DNA of 55,278 nucleotides from Acidimicrobiaceae bacterium (lineage in GTDB: Bacteria > Actinomycetota > Acidimicrobiia > Acidimicrobiales > Bog-793). Both the position numbers and the translations under genes were made by a program. Location of the stretch: assembly GCA_027459565.1 (NCBI GenBank), contig DAIDIA010000263.1, forward strand, positions 1 to 55,278. The letters run 5' to 3'. This document shows positions 1 to 9,199 of this stretch, in pieces. A model generated the notes under the pieces. The model was given only the letters and a program-made list of their open reading frames with translations, was not told the DNA's origin and made no database searches. How positions within the stretch are numbered: position 1 is the first letter of the stretch; every line of letters starts with the position of its first letter.

Positions 1-112
1 AGGCGATGGCGAGACCGATGCCGTAGGTGTGGATCTGCATCGGACCGATATGGAATACCACCGGGATGGGCTTCAACGCCTGGACCTCCAATTCCGCGTA
101 CCCGCCGTGCAT
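1..112 (-). CDS. lgt: prolipoprotein diacylglyceryl transferase, N-terminal fragment (gene runs off the left edge)
   Basis: Reverse-strand translation from the ATG at 112 gives MHGGYAELEVQALKPIPVVFHIGPMQIHTYGIGLAIA. The P-x-x-F-x-IGP-x-x-I-x-x-YG N-terminus matches the Lgt pattern I recognise. It is open-ended and therefore absent from the ORF track. Only 37 codons are visible. Confidence 0.45.
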   Translation of the reverse strand, partial: MHGGYAELEVQALKPIPVVFHIGPMQIHTYGIGLAIA

Positions 113-670
113 CGGTGGCCAAGTCTCTCGCGCGTGCGAACGGCACCGTTCTGATGCCGTATTGAGTATTCCATGTGCGTTCGATGCCCAGAACGCGGCA
201 GGACCCCAGGCAGTGGATCGGCCAATGGCCGATCGCACCTCCTGGGGTCGATGCACCTGAAGTGCACGGCGCCGGGAGGGTCGCGAGACCGTCCCAACCG
301 CGAAACCCAGTCACCTGAGATCTCGCCACAACGAGGACCCAGAGGTCGATCGTCGTGCTCCTACACTCCATCCGAGGACACTCGTCGTGCTCGCCCAAGG
401 CCGACTCTCTCTCGAAAGTTCCGAGCCGATCTCGCACGTTTGAACGCCGGTGACCTCGCTGTATGCATACTGTTCGCTGCTTCTTGGCGCGTCAACTCGT
501 TTTCACGAAATCCAGAAGTTGTTGACAGTTAATTTCCTTGATCCACCGCTCATCCCCAACTACCTCACAGGGTCATCCACACGATCATCGTTGACCTCGC
601 GTCTCGCGTGCTCAATGGCGACCTCTGCCGTTCGGGATAGATTGATGCAGGCCAAAGATCGGGGCACGTA

Positions 671-1114
671 TTGGAAGCTGAAGAGATCATCGACAGTCCT
701 CGCGAGATGGTGCGCGACCACATTCTCCGATACCTCGCGACCGATGGAGAGGACGGGTTCATCCACAACGGCGCTCCGACGCTCTTGCTGACCACGCGAG
801 GTCGACGATCGCACCAACTTCGCCGCACGGCGCTGATCTTTGGGCGACACAATGGCGATTACCTCGTAGTCGGCTCTCGCGGTGGCGCGCCGAAACATCC
901 ACTCTGGGTCGAGAACCTGCTCGTCGATCCCAAGGTGACGATCCAGATCCGAGATACGGTGACCCCGGCGCACGCGCGTCTCGCGGTCGAATCGGAACGA
1001 CCGGAATATTGGAAGATCATGACCAAGATATGGCCTGCTTATGATGAGTACCAGCAAAAGACAGAGCGGTTGATACCCGTCATCGTGCTTTCGACCATCG
1101 ATGACATCGATTGA
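671..1114 (+). CDS. deazaflavin (F420)-dependent nitroreductase family protein (Ddn/DUF385-like)
   Basis: 147-aa ORF with LLLTTRGRRSHQLRRTAL and GGAPKHPLWVENLLVDPKVTIQI, typical of the nitroreductase/quinone reductase DUF385 family. The TTG start at 671 is uncertain; the ATG at 707 is an alternative. Confidence 0.8.
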   Translation: MEAEEIIDSPREMVRDHILRYLATDGEDGFIHNGAPTLLLTTRGRRSHQLRRTALIFGRHNGDYLVVGSRGGAPKHPLWVENLLVDPKVTIQIRDTVTPAHARLAVESERPEYWKIMTKIWPAYDEYQQKTERLIPVIVLSTIDDID

Positions 1115-1186
1115 ACTGATCGACCACAACGCTCGACGTCGGTGGTTCGCGAACGACAACGCGATCACGGAGAGAGGGAAGGCACC

Positions 1187-2092
1187 ATGACCGATTCAGA
1201 GATCCCCACGCGAACCCTTGGTCGTACGGGTTTCGCCGCGACGGTGCTCGGATTTGGCGCGATGGAGATCCGAGGAACGCAGCATCATCACAACGGCCGT
1301 CCCATAGAGCCCGCGCAGGCAGAGAGGATCCTCAATCTCGTTCTTGACGAGGGCATCAACTACATCGACACCTCCATCGACTATGGAGACTCCGAGGAGA
1401 GTATCGGCAATGCGATCTCGCGACGTCGCGACGAGTACTTCCTCGCGACCAAGTGCGGATGCTGGGTCGGAGAGGCCCCAGAGGGAACGCCTCGTGACAA
1501 GCGACCGCCGCACGTGTTCACGCGTCAGAACATCGTCAACGGCATTGAGCAGAGCCTTCGTCGACTCAAGACCGACTACCTCGATCTGGTCCAGTTTCAC
1601 CAGAGCCCGTCGCTCGGTGAGCTCCGTGCCGAGGACGCTATTGGAGTCTTGAAGGAGTTCCAGGACCTCGGAAAGGTGCGTTACATCGGCTCGTCCTCGA
1701 TATTGCCGAACATCGTCGACCATATCGATCTCGGTGTCTTCGATGTCTTGCAGATCCCCTATTCAGCGCTCGAACGCGAGCACGAAGAGGTCATCTCGGC
1801 TGCGCACGCAGCGGGCATCGGCGTGGTGATCCGCGGTGGCGTCGCAAAGGGGGATCTCGGCAAGGAGTCTGTCTGGAGGCGCTACGATGAGGCGAACCTC
1901 GACGAATTCGCCGAGGGCGCGAGCCGAGCGGAGTTCATGCTGCGTTTCACGATCTCGCATCCCGGCATGACCACGACAATTGTCGGGACGATGAACCCGG
2001 ACCATCTGGTTCAGAACGTTGCGAGCGTTCGCAAGGGTCCGCTCCCCGCGGACATCTACGCAGAGACCAAGCGGCGACTGTCCGCGCCGTAA
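1187..2092 (+). CDS. aldo/keto reductase
   Basis: RTLGRTGFAATVLGFGAMEI, INYIDTSIDYGDSEE, YLDLVQFH and IGSSS are AKR motifs. The ATG at 1187 follows a purine-rich GAGAGGGAAGG. The ORF-track start at 1142 is probably an over-extension. Confidence 0.9.
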   Translation: MTDSEIPTRTLGRTGFAATVLGFGAMEIRGTQHHHNGRPIEPAQAERILNLVLDEGINYIDTSIDYGDSEESIGNAISRRRDEYFLATKCGCWVGEAPEGTPRDKRPPHVFTRQNIVNGIEQSLRRLKTDYLDLVQFHQSPSLGELRAEDAIGVLKEFQDLGKVRYIGSSSILPNIVDHIDLGVFDVLQIPYSALEREHEEVISAAHAAGIGVVIRGGVAKGDLGKESVWRRYDEANLDEFAEGASRAEFMLRFTISHPGMTTTIVGTMNPDHLVQNVASVRKGPLPADIYAETKRRLSAP

Positions 2093-2170
2093 TCGCCGGC
2101 ATCTTGTGGCGCCCGTCTCCATGGTGTCTCCCCCAGGGTGAGAAGGCCGTGTTGAATTGATCGAGGGACC

Positions 2171-3172
2171 GTGAGTTCGACCGGCGCGCTGCTCGTTGCG
2201 TTCGCGCTCCTCGCGATCGGGAGCATCCTCGCATCCTCCCGTTTCGTCATCGCGCTCGAGCGCGTCGGTGCACGACTCTCGCTCTCCGAGGCAGCTCTCG
2301 GCCTGCTCGCCGCGTTGGGCGCAGACACCCCAGAGATCACCTCGTCGATCACGGCGCTCGTCCATCATCAGCGCGCGGTCTCGGTGAGCGTGGTCCTTGG
2401 CGCGAACATCTTCAACCTCGCAGCGCTCCTCGGTCTTGGCGCGATCAGCGCTGGCAGGATCACGCTGCATCGGAGTGTCGTCGTCCTCTCCGCGCTCCCG
2501 GCGCTGTTCGTCGCGCTCATGACGCTCGGTGTAGAGCACCACGGGATCAGCAGATGGCCCGCGGCAGGTCTTCTCCTCGGTCTACTCGTTCCCTATACCC
2601 TGGTGCTCGAAGCGCCGCGGCGCGTGCTTCGGGCCCTGCGCGTTCCGAGTGCGCTCTCGTCGTCGATCGAACGGGTCGTCAGACAAGAGGAACATGACCT
2701 TGAAGGGGCGATCGCGCCGGACATCGGTCGACCCCGGGACTTTCTCCTCGCCTCTGGCATGCTCGTCATCGTCGTTGTTGCGAGCGTGGTCATGGAACGC
2801 GTCGCAAGTACGGTCGGTGAACGCAACCACTGGTCCACCTTTGTCATCGGAGGCGTTGTGCTTGCGGCAGTCACCAGCCTGCCAAACGCGGTGGCCGCGA
2901 TCTATCTCGCTCTGCGCGGCCGGGGGGCGGCGACGCTCAGCACGGCGGTGCATTCGAACATCCTCAATGTGCTGTTCGGACTTGTGATTCCGGCACTCTT
3001 CGTCGGCGTGGGCGAACAGACTCGTACCGTCTCGAGTCTTGCCCTGTGCTATCTCGCGATAACGATGATCGCGCTCGCTTTCGCATATGTCGGTCGCGGC
3101 CTGGGTCGGGTCACCGGATCGGGCATTGTGTTGGCATACGTTGCGTGTATCTGGTACTTGACGCATCTCTGA
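2171..3172 (+). CDS. Ca2+/cation antiporter (CaCA, Na+/Ca2+ exchanger-type) membrane protein
   Basis: 333-aa polytopic protein with the two alpha-repeat signatures GANIFNLAALLGLGAI and HSNILNVLFGLVIPAL, separated by a hydrophilic loop. Confidence 0.8.
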   Translation: MSSTGALLVAFALLAIGSILASSRFVIALERVGARLSLSEAALGLLAALGADTPEITSSITALVHHQRAVSVSVVLGANIFNLAALLGLGAISAGRITLHRSVVVLSALPALFVALMTLGVEHHGISRWPAAGLLLGLLVPYTLVLEAPRRVLRALRVPSALSSSIERVVRQEEHDLEGAIAPDIGRPRDFLLASGMLVIVVVASVVMERVASTVGERNHWSTFVIGGVVLAAVTSLPNAVAAIYLALRGRGAATLSTAVHSNILNVLFGLVIPALFVGVGEQTRTVSSLALCYLAITMIALAFAYVGRGLGRVTGSGIVLAYVACIWYLTHL

Positions 3173-3345
3173 ACGCTTCGAGCATTCCCGATGCGCACGA
3201 TAAAGGCGTCGGGACCCTCCTAGTGCACGGGCCATGCCGGCCGTGGCTCAGTCTCAGTCGATTCGTGCGCAATTCTCAGGCGCATCCAAGAATCTGCCGC
3301 AACGATGGTCCATGCAACGATGCATTTATTGATCGGAGGATCAAC

Positions 3346-4107
3346 GTGTCAAAGCAAATCGACTCTCAATACCGGACGACAAAGGTCTCGGTGCGCCGTC
3401 TCGTAGCATTGGGGGTGCTCTCGGGCGCGGCGGTACTCAGTGGAGTCACCGTCGCATCTGCGAGTACTGCGCGCGCATCAACGCCAAACCTGTCTCCGCC
3501 ACACCCGGGAGCGGGACTGCGCGGAGCGCGCCCGGTGGTTGACGGGAAGGTCACAGGGCTTGGTTCGGGGAGTTTCACCGTCCTCGACCGATCCTCGAAG
3601 TCCTACACCGTTGACGTGACGGGAACGACGATCTACAGGGAGCACAATGCGAGCGCACCGGGAATCGGTGATATCAAGGTCGGAACATTCGTCGACGTGC
3701 TCGGAAGCGTCACGGGGACCACGGTGATGGCAACCGCCGTGCGCATCGAGGCCCACGAGCCGCATTCGGCACCGTTCCGTCCCATGGGTGCACTCCCGGA
3801 CGCCGTGGGCAAGGTGACCTCGGTCGGCACGACGAGTTTCACGATTGAGGACCGGACCGGCAAGTCGATGACCGTCGACGTCACCGGCACAACGACCTAC
3901 GAGGAACCGGGCGCGACCTCACCCTCGATCGGTGACATCAAGGTCGGAGACTTCGCCGCGGTCTCGGGAACGGTCACGGGATCAACCGTTGTCGCAACCA
4001 ATGTGCATTTTGGAGACCGCCATCCGCCTCGCGGGCACATGAGAGCGCCGGGATTTGACGGCAGGGATGTCATGCCTGGCGGCCCGGGTGGCATGCCGGG
4101 AATGTAG
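3346..4107 (+). CDS. secreted DUF5666-type repeat protein
   Basis: GTG at 3346 lies 5 nt after GGAGGA (3335-3340). Signal-like VRRLVALGVLSGAAVLSGVTVASA. Two homologous units of about 75 aa (GKVTGLGSGSFTVLDRSSKSYTVDVTGTTIY...IGDIKVGTFVDV and GKVTSVGTTSFTIEDRTGKSMTVDVTGTTTY...IGDIKVGDFAAV). Gly/Pro/Met-rich tail MPGGPGGMPGM. Confidence 0.7.
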   Translation: MSKQIDSQYRTTKVSVRRLVALGVLSGAAVLSGVTVASASTARASTPNLSPPHPGAGLRGARPVVDGKVTGLGSGSFTVLDRSSKSYTVDVTGTTIYREHNASAPGIGDIKVGTFVDVLGSVTGTTVMATAVRIEAHEPHSAPFRPMGALPDAVGKVTSVGTTSFTIEDRTGKSMTVDVTGTTTYEEPGATSPSIGDIKVGDFAAVSGTVTGSTVVATNVHFGDRHPPRGHMRAPGFDGRDVMPGGPGGMPGM

Positions 4108-4132
4108 TGCCGTTAGCGACCATGTTGAGCCT

Positions 4133-4174
4133 GAGACCCCCTGTTGCCATGGCGACAGGGGGTCTCATAGGTTT
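4133..4174. terminator. palindromic hairpin between convergent genes (likely bidirectional intrinsic terminator)
   Basis: GAGACCCCCTGT (4133-4144) pairs perfectly with ACAGGGGGTCTC (4155-4166). The loop contains GCCATGGC. A TTTT tract follows at 4171-4174 on the + strand. The 3' arm overlaps the stop codon of the minus-strand gene ending at 4165. Confidence 0.6.
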
Positions 4175-4803
4175 TCACCCCGCTCGCCGCGCGCGAGGAT
4201 CGTCGCGACGTCTTCGGCAAGATCGTCACACAGCGATTCGAGGAGCATGAGCCGCTCGATCACCGATCCGGCCTCCAGCAATCGTTGACGGTCGAACGCC
4301 TCGAAGGGCGTCAGCATGCACAGCTTCCACTGCGTGTCGAAGAGCTCCGCCGGAGAGCCCGTCGGCAGGTCCATGTCGACGGGCAGTGGAGGTGTGTCGT
4401 GGAGCTCCGAGAGCAACGCTCGGGCATGTCGCAGCGAGGCGAGCGCGCGTTCGACGTGTGGTGCCGACGCGTCACCGAGATCCTCGCGAACGCGTTCGAC
4501 CTCGGCTCGCGGATAGGGGTCCTCGGCGAGCCAGCGTTTCACCCGGAATCGCTGCGTACCGCGGGCGAGAAGCGCGAACTGGCCCCCCTCGATCTCCGAG
4601 AGCGCCTCGACGGTCGCGATCGTTCCCGTCGAGTGCCGCTGGTCACCACCCCCGACCTCGGAACCCCGCGCGATCAACACGACGCCAAATTCACGATCCG
4701 ACGTCATGATGTCTGCAACAAGCTGGCGATACCGCGGTTCGAATACTCGCAGTGGAAGGGGCGCGCCGGGAAAGAGCACTGCCGACAGGGGGAACATGGG
4801 CAA
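4165..4803 (-). CDS. LON peptidase N-terminal (substrate-binding) domain protein
   Basis: MPMFPLSAVLFPGAPLPLRVFEPRYRQLV is the characteristic start of stand-alone Lon N-domain proteins; 212 aa. Confidence 0.85.
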   Translation of the reverse strand: MPMFPLSAVLFPGAPLPLRVFEPRYRQLVADIMTSDREFGVVLIARGSEVGGGDQRHSTGTIATVEALSEIEGGQFALLARGTQRFRVKRWLAEDPYPRAEVERVREDLGDASAPHVERALASLRHARALLSELHDTPPLPVDMDLPTGSPAELFDTQWKLCMLTPFEAFDRQRLLEAGSVIERLMLLESLCDDLAEDVATILARGERGENL

Positions 4804-5006
4804 GATCGTGGGTGCAGATTCCGCGTTGACTTTGCGACCTCCTTCGCGCGCACCATCGGAGGTGTGACGAACGCTCCACCGCCTTGGCGGCGCATCGAGT
4901 TGTCTCCAAACGAGGGGGAGCCTACTGTCGGAACCGGGGATTGCGCACTGATTGCGGGGAACTGACCGACGACCAGAGTCGAACGAGCCCGCGGACCGGG
5001 AGGGAC

Positions 5007-6185
5007 ATGCGTACGCAGGTGGGAATCGTCGGGGCCGGGCCCGCGGGGTTGATGCTCTCGCATCTCCTCCATCTCGCGGGAATCGAATCGGTGGTGATCG
5101 AGAACCGAAGCCGCGCGTATGTCGAGCAGCGCGTGCGCGCTGGAGTGCTCGAGAACGACACTGTCGAGCTGATGAAGTCGACGGGTGTCGGTGAGCGTCT
5201 CGTGCGAGAGGGCCTTGTCCATCACGGCATCGAACTGCGTTTCAATGGCGAGGGCCACCGTATCGATCTCTCCGGACTGACCGGTGGGCGGACGATCAGC
5301 GTCTATGGACAACAAGAGGTGGTCAAGGACCTCGTTGACCGGAGGCTCCGTGACAACGGGGCAATCATCTATGAGGCCGAAGATGTCCGGATCGATGACA
5401 TCGAGACAGCGACCCCGCGTGTCTCCTATACGAGTGTCGAGGGTCGTCAGGAGCTCCGGTGTGATTTCATCGCCGGCTGTGACGGATTCCATGGGATTAC
5501 GCGCGCGGCAATCCCTAGATCCGCGAGGGCCGTCTATGACTGGAACTACCCGTTCGGTTGGCTCGGCATCCTCGCCGCGGTCGCACCCTCAACCGAGGAG
5601 CTGATCTATGCGCGCCACGAGCAGGGGTTTGCCCTCCACAGTCTGCGCTCGCCCGAACTCAGTCGCCTGTATCTCCAGGTGGAGCCCGATGATGACCTCG
5701 CGAACTGGTCCGATGACCGCATCTGGTCTGAGCTCGCCACGCGGTTCGCGACTCGGGATGGCTGGACCCTCCATGAGGGGCCGATCATCGAGCGCGCGAT
5801 CACGCCGATGCGGAGTTTCGTCATCGACCCAATGTCGTACGGACGTCTCTTCCTCGCGGGGGATTCGGCGCACATCGTGCCTCCGACAGGAGCCAAGGGA
5901 CTCAACCTTGCTGTTCACGACGTGAGACGGCTCGCGCAAGCCCTCGAGGAGCACTACACCCGCCACAGCGACTCCCTCCTCGACTCCTACTCGAAGGACT
6001 GCCTTCGGCGAGTCTGGCAGGTACAGCGTTTTTCCTGGTGGATGACCTCGTTGCTGCACCGCTTCGACGACGCTGGAGATCCGCATCGGGATCGCCTTCA
6101 GCGCGCGGAACTCGAATATGTGACGAGCTCGCGGGCTGCAGCGACCGTGCTCGCAGAGAACTACGTCGGTCTTCCCGGGATCTAG
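5007..6185 (+). CDS. pobA: 4-hydroxybenzoate 3-monooxygenase
   Basis: MRTQVGIVGAGPAGLMLSHLLHLAGIESVVIE (FAD fold), then LFLAGDSAHIVPPTGAKGLNLA. At 392 aa the length matches PobA. The ORF-track start at 4884 is an over-extension. Confidence 0.9.
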   Translation: MRTQVGIVGAGPAGLMLSHLLHLAGIESVVIENRSRAYVEQRVRAGVLENDTVELMKSTGVGERLVREGLVHHGIELRFNGEGHRIDLSGLTGGRTISVYGQQEVVKDLVDRRLRDNGAIIYEAEDVRIDDIETATPRVSYTSVEGRQELRCDFIAGCDGFHGITRAAIPRSARAVYDWNYPFGWLGILAAVAPSTEELIYARHEQGFALHSLRSPELSRLYLQVEPDDDLANWSDDRIWSELATRFATRDGWTLHEGPIIERAITPMRSFVIDPMSYGRLFLAGDSAHIVPPTGAKGLNLAVHDVRRLAQALEEHYTRHSDSLLDSYSKDCLRRVWQVQRFSWWMTSLLHRFDDAGDPHRDRLQRAELEYVTSSRAAATVLAENYVGLPGI

Positions 6186-8032
6186 ATGCAGTGCGCGAGC
6201 GGACCGGTCTGGCCGTCGAGGAGGTGGCTGATCGTCAATCCTTCGGAGCGGAACGTGACGCGATGGGGGAGTTGGTTGAGGTAGCGCATCGCGAGCGCCG
6301 TGTTGATCCCGGTATGGAAGATCACGATGTCGGTGACGCCCGTGCCTCGGACAAATGCGCAGAGTTTGGTTCCATCGGTGGGTTGGGCGATCCTCGGGAA
6401 CCGTGATCGATGGCCGAGTTCGAGGCGCCCGAGCCACGACTGGACCTCGCTCGGTTGCTGGGTGAGCGGCCACTCTTGGCCCTCGCCGCTCGGATTCGGA
6501 ACGGTGGCGTATCCCCCGAGAAGTCTGAACGAGAAATGCGACTCGGCCTGCCATGCCATGGCCTGGTTGAGCGGCGGCATCGGATAGGGATAGGTGAGCA
6601 CGACGGCGTCGTGACCGACGTGCGCCGCGATGTCGGCGCCGATGGTGGTCGGCCAGATGAGTCTCTGCTCTTTGATCGGGAGCCTCGGAGCCATGGCGAG
6701 AACCACAATCGCCACGACCGCCGCAATCGCGACACGTTGTACGCGTCGCGCGGCCGAGGAGCTCCGGTCGACCCTCGCCAGCGCGTCGTCGATGCCGATC
6801 GCGAAGATTGCGCTTGCTCCGAGAAATGTGAAGAGCGCAAATCGATCGGGAACGGTGCTCTTGAGAAGCGGCAGAGCGGTGAAGAGCCTCTCCGGGAGCG
6901 AGAGGTTGAAACTGCCGATCCCTATCGAGCTCCCCATCGAGATCGTGAATGCCGCGAGTGTTGCGATTGCTAGCGGTGCCACAAGGTATCTGCGCCACAG
7001 GAATATCGCGATCAGGACGAGCACGATGACAAAGGGGATGGAGAGATAGCCACCGAGCTCGTTGAGGTCGCGAGTCGGAAGTCGGAGTGCGTCCGAAAGG
7101 CGCGACGTCGTGAGGAGCTGCTGGCGCGTCGGGAGAAACGTCTCGATGAACGAGTTGTGGAATGACTGCAGGTGCGAGACCGCATATACCGCGCCGCGAA
7201 GGTGTCCCCTTCCATAGAGCATCGTCCAGATCTGGAATCCGCACAGCACGAGGAAGATCGCGACTGACTCCGACACTGCCTTGGCCGCATAGCAAAGGTG
7301 TGAACGCACGCGATCTCGGTACCGGATGATCAAGAGGATCACGGTGACGAGCGCGACGATTCCGAAATCACTCAAGAGCTCCGGGGCGATCATCATCTGC
7401 GCGCTTGCGAGGAGCCCGAGTGCGAGTCCGGTCATCCTCCACGACCATCTCTGACGGGCTACGACCTCGTCCGTGACCAGCAAGAGCAGGGGAAAAAGCG
7501 GGACAAAGAGCAGGTTGATGTGCGTATTTGAGATCGACTGGCCGATGATGTAGGGGCCAAAGCCATAGAGGAGGCCACCGACGAAGCACGCGAGCTGCGA
7601 GGCGACCCAGCGATGGAGCACGAGAAAGAGCGAGGTCGCCGAGAGAAAGATTCCGAGACGCAACAAGATATTGAATGACGCGACCGGCCCGAGTGTGGCG
7701 GTGACGGGCCAGGCGAGAAACCCGAGAAGCGGTACGGAGGTGTTGTCCGCGAGGTTCACCCCGGTCGGGTAGTCGATGAGGTTCGTCCAGAAGGGGTTCA
7801 TCCCGTTCGCAAGCGCGTGGGGCGTGTAGGCGAGGAACCAGACCATCTGGGCCGGATCACCGATACCCCCACGCGACAGGTAGTCGCTGGTCCAGGGCGA
7901 GTGCGGGCTGAAGATCGCGATCGCGAACGCTCCATAGAGCACGAGTGCGCCGATCGTCGCGATCGACCGGCGATCGGTTCCCCGGGCTCGGCCCCGCGCC
8001 AGCGCCTTGGCCGGTGCGCCAGTTGTGGACAT
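6182..8032 (-). CDS. large polytopic membrane protein (GT-C-like glycosyltransferase/YfhO-like; function unknown)
   Basis: 616 aa with many hydrophobic helices in the first ~430 aa and a soluble C-terminal domain. Its stop overlaps the pobA stop inside the palindrome CTAG (6182-6185). The family assignment is only an impression. Confidence 0.65.
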   Translation of the reverse strand: MSTTGAPAKALARGRARGTDRRSIATIGALVLYGAFAIAIFSPHSPWTSDYLSRGGIGDPAQMVWFLAYTPHALANGMNPFWTNLIDYPTGVNLADNTSVPLLGFLAWPVTATLGPVASFNILLRLGIFLSATSLFLVLHRWVASQLACFVGGLLYGFGPYIIGQSISNTHINLLFVPLFPLLLLVTDEVVARQRWSWRMTGLALGLLASAQMMIAPELLSDFGIVALVTVILLIIRYRDRVRSHLCYAAKAVSESVAIFLVLCGFQIWTMLYGRGHLRGAVYAVSHLQSFHNSFIETFLPTRQQLLTTSRLSDALRLPTRDLNELGGYLSIPFVIVLVLIAIFLWRRYLVAPLAIATLAAFTISMGSSIGIGSFNLSLPERLFTALPLLKSTVPDRFALFTFLGASAIFAIGIDDALARVDRSSSAARRVQRVAIAAVVAIVVLAMAPRLPIKEQRLIWPTTIGADIAAHVGHDAVVLTYPYPMPPLNQAMAWQAESHFSFRLLGGYATVPNPSGEGQEWPLTQQPSEVQSWLGRLELGHRSRFPRIAQPTDGTKLCAFVRGTGVTDIVIFHTGINTALAMRYLNQLPHRVTFRSEGLTISHLLDGQTGPLAHCI

Positions 8033-8082
8033 TGTCGCGATGTTAGGGGCCAGTCCCGCTCGACGTCGGCCCGGCGGAATCG

Positions 8083-9114
8083 CTAGAGCTCAAGTGTCGG
8101 TGGGTAGAAGATCTCGTCGAGTCTGAGCTTGCGCGAGGTGAGACCCTGCTCGAACGAGTAGTCGGTGATCGTCTCGAGGATCTCGGTGTTGGCGCTGACG
8201 CCGTAGGGGAAGAGATCGGTCTTGAGTGCGTCGCGGGTCTTGGTGTCGATCAGACCGGTGTCGAGAAAGGGGTCGAGTCCGGTGGAGTTGACTGCTGTCG
8301 AGCCGGCGCTACCCGCAAGCGACTCCGAGGCGGCGATCTGTTTCGCCTCGAGAAAGGCGGAGTAGAGGTTGAGCATCACCCACGGATAGCGATCCGCGAT
8401 GTCTCTGCGGACAACGAGGCAGTGATTGATCGGGAAGAGCCCGGTCTTTTGGAAGTAGCGCGCGGACTCCCTCCGGTGGTCAAACAGGTGGCGCACCCCG
8501 GACCCCTCCTCTCCGAGGGGAGCGTTGGACCGGTCGACGAGGTTGTTTGTTCCGGCAAGGTAGTGAAGGGCCGCATCGAGTTCGCCGGTGCGGAGCATCT
8601 CGCCCATGTCGGTGTTCGTCGGGATGTACTGGAGGTCGATGCCCTCGGGAGGGGTGAAGCCCGTCGCTCCGCCGTGGCTCTTCTCGGGTGAACGCTCCAT
8701 GTACCAGTGAAGGGTCTTTGGATCGACGCCGTACTCGTGCTGGAGGATCCCGCGAGTCCACAGAGCCGCGGTCTGCTGGTACTCGGGAACGCCGACGCGC
8801 TTGCCGGCGAGCTGCGCGGGTTCGGTGATACTCGAATCCTCCCGGACGAGTACTCCGGTGTGGAAGAAGCGACGGGTGGTGAAGACGGGAACACCCACCC
8901 AGTCCTCGATGCCGTGCGACCGCGAGATCAGCAGGCTCGACATCGACATCTCCGAGACCTCGAACTCCCGGTATCCGAGCTGGCGCCAGAAGAGTTCGGA
9001 GGGGTGGAGCGACGAGCAGCGAAGGTCGATGCCCTGTGGCGCCACGCGTCCGCTGAGCACGGGGAGCGATCGCGGATTCGCGTAGATCGCGAGGCTGAGT
9101 TCTAGGTTTCCCAT
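8083..9114 (-). CDS. 4,5-dihydroxyphthalate decarboxylase-like protein (NMT1/periplasmic-binding-protein fold)
   Basis: MGNLELSLAIYANPRSLPVLSGRVAPQGIDLRCSSLHPSELFWRQLGYREFEVSEMSMSS closely follows the N-terminal pattern of proteins annotated as 4,5-dihydroxyphthalate decarboxylase. Confidence 0.7.
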   Translation of the reverse strand: MGNLELSLAIYANPRSLPVLSGRVAPQGIDLRCSSLHPSELFWRQLGYREFEVSEMSMSSLLISRSHGIEDWVGVPVFTTRRFFHTGVLVREDSSITEPAQLAGKRVGVPEYQQTAALWTRGILQHEYGVDPKTLHWYMERSPEKSHGGATGFTPPEGIDLQYIPTNTDMGEMLRTGELDAALHYLAGTNNLVDRSNAPLGEEGSGVRHLFDHRRESARYFQKTGLFPINHCLVVRRDIADRYPWVMLNLYSAFLEAKQIAASESLAGSAGSTAVNSTGLDPFLDTGLIDTKTRDALKTDLFPYGVSANTEILETITDYSFEQGLTSRKLRLDEIFYPPTLEL

Positions 9115-9199
9115 GGTTCCTCCTTGGTATAGGGCAAAGTTAGTCAGGATTCCCTGCTATCGGCGATGGCTCGCCAAAGGTGCTGGTCGCGAATCTGGG

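Noticed and set aside
522-550. Perfect -35-like TTGACA at 522-527 upstream of the Ddn-like gene.
   Set aside because: No acceptable -10 (TANNNT) lies at 16-19 nt spacing, so I do not call a promoter.
5589-7295. 568-aa minus-strand ORF, together with similar long ORFs at 13498-15111 (+), 10385-11605 (-), 22073-23200 (-), 31481-32722 (-), 32963-33973 (-), 34637-35734 (-), 53984-55237 (-), 17248-17955 (-) and 25011-25727 (-).
   Set aside because: All lie antisense to, or out of frame with, genes that have clear family signatures. Their translations are Arg/Pro/Gly/Ala-rich low-complexity sequence typical of shadow ORFs in high-GC DNA, and no motif is recognisable.
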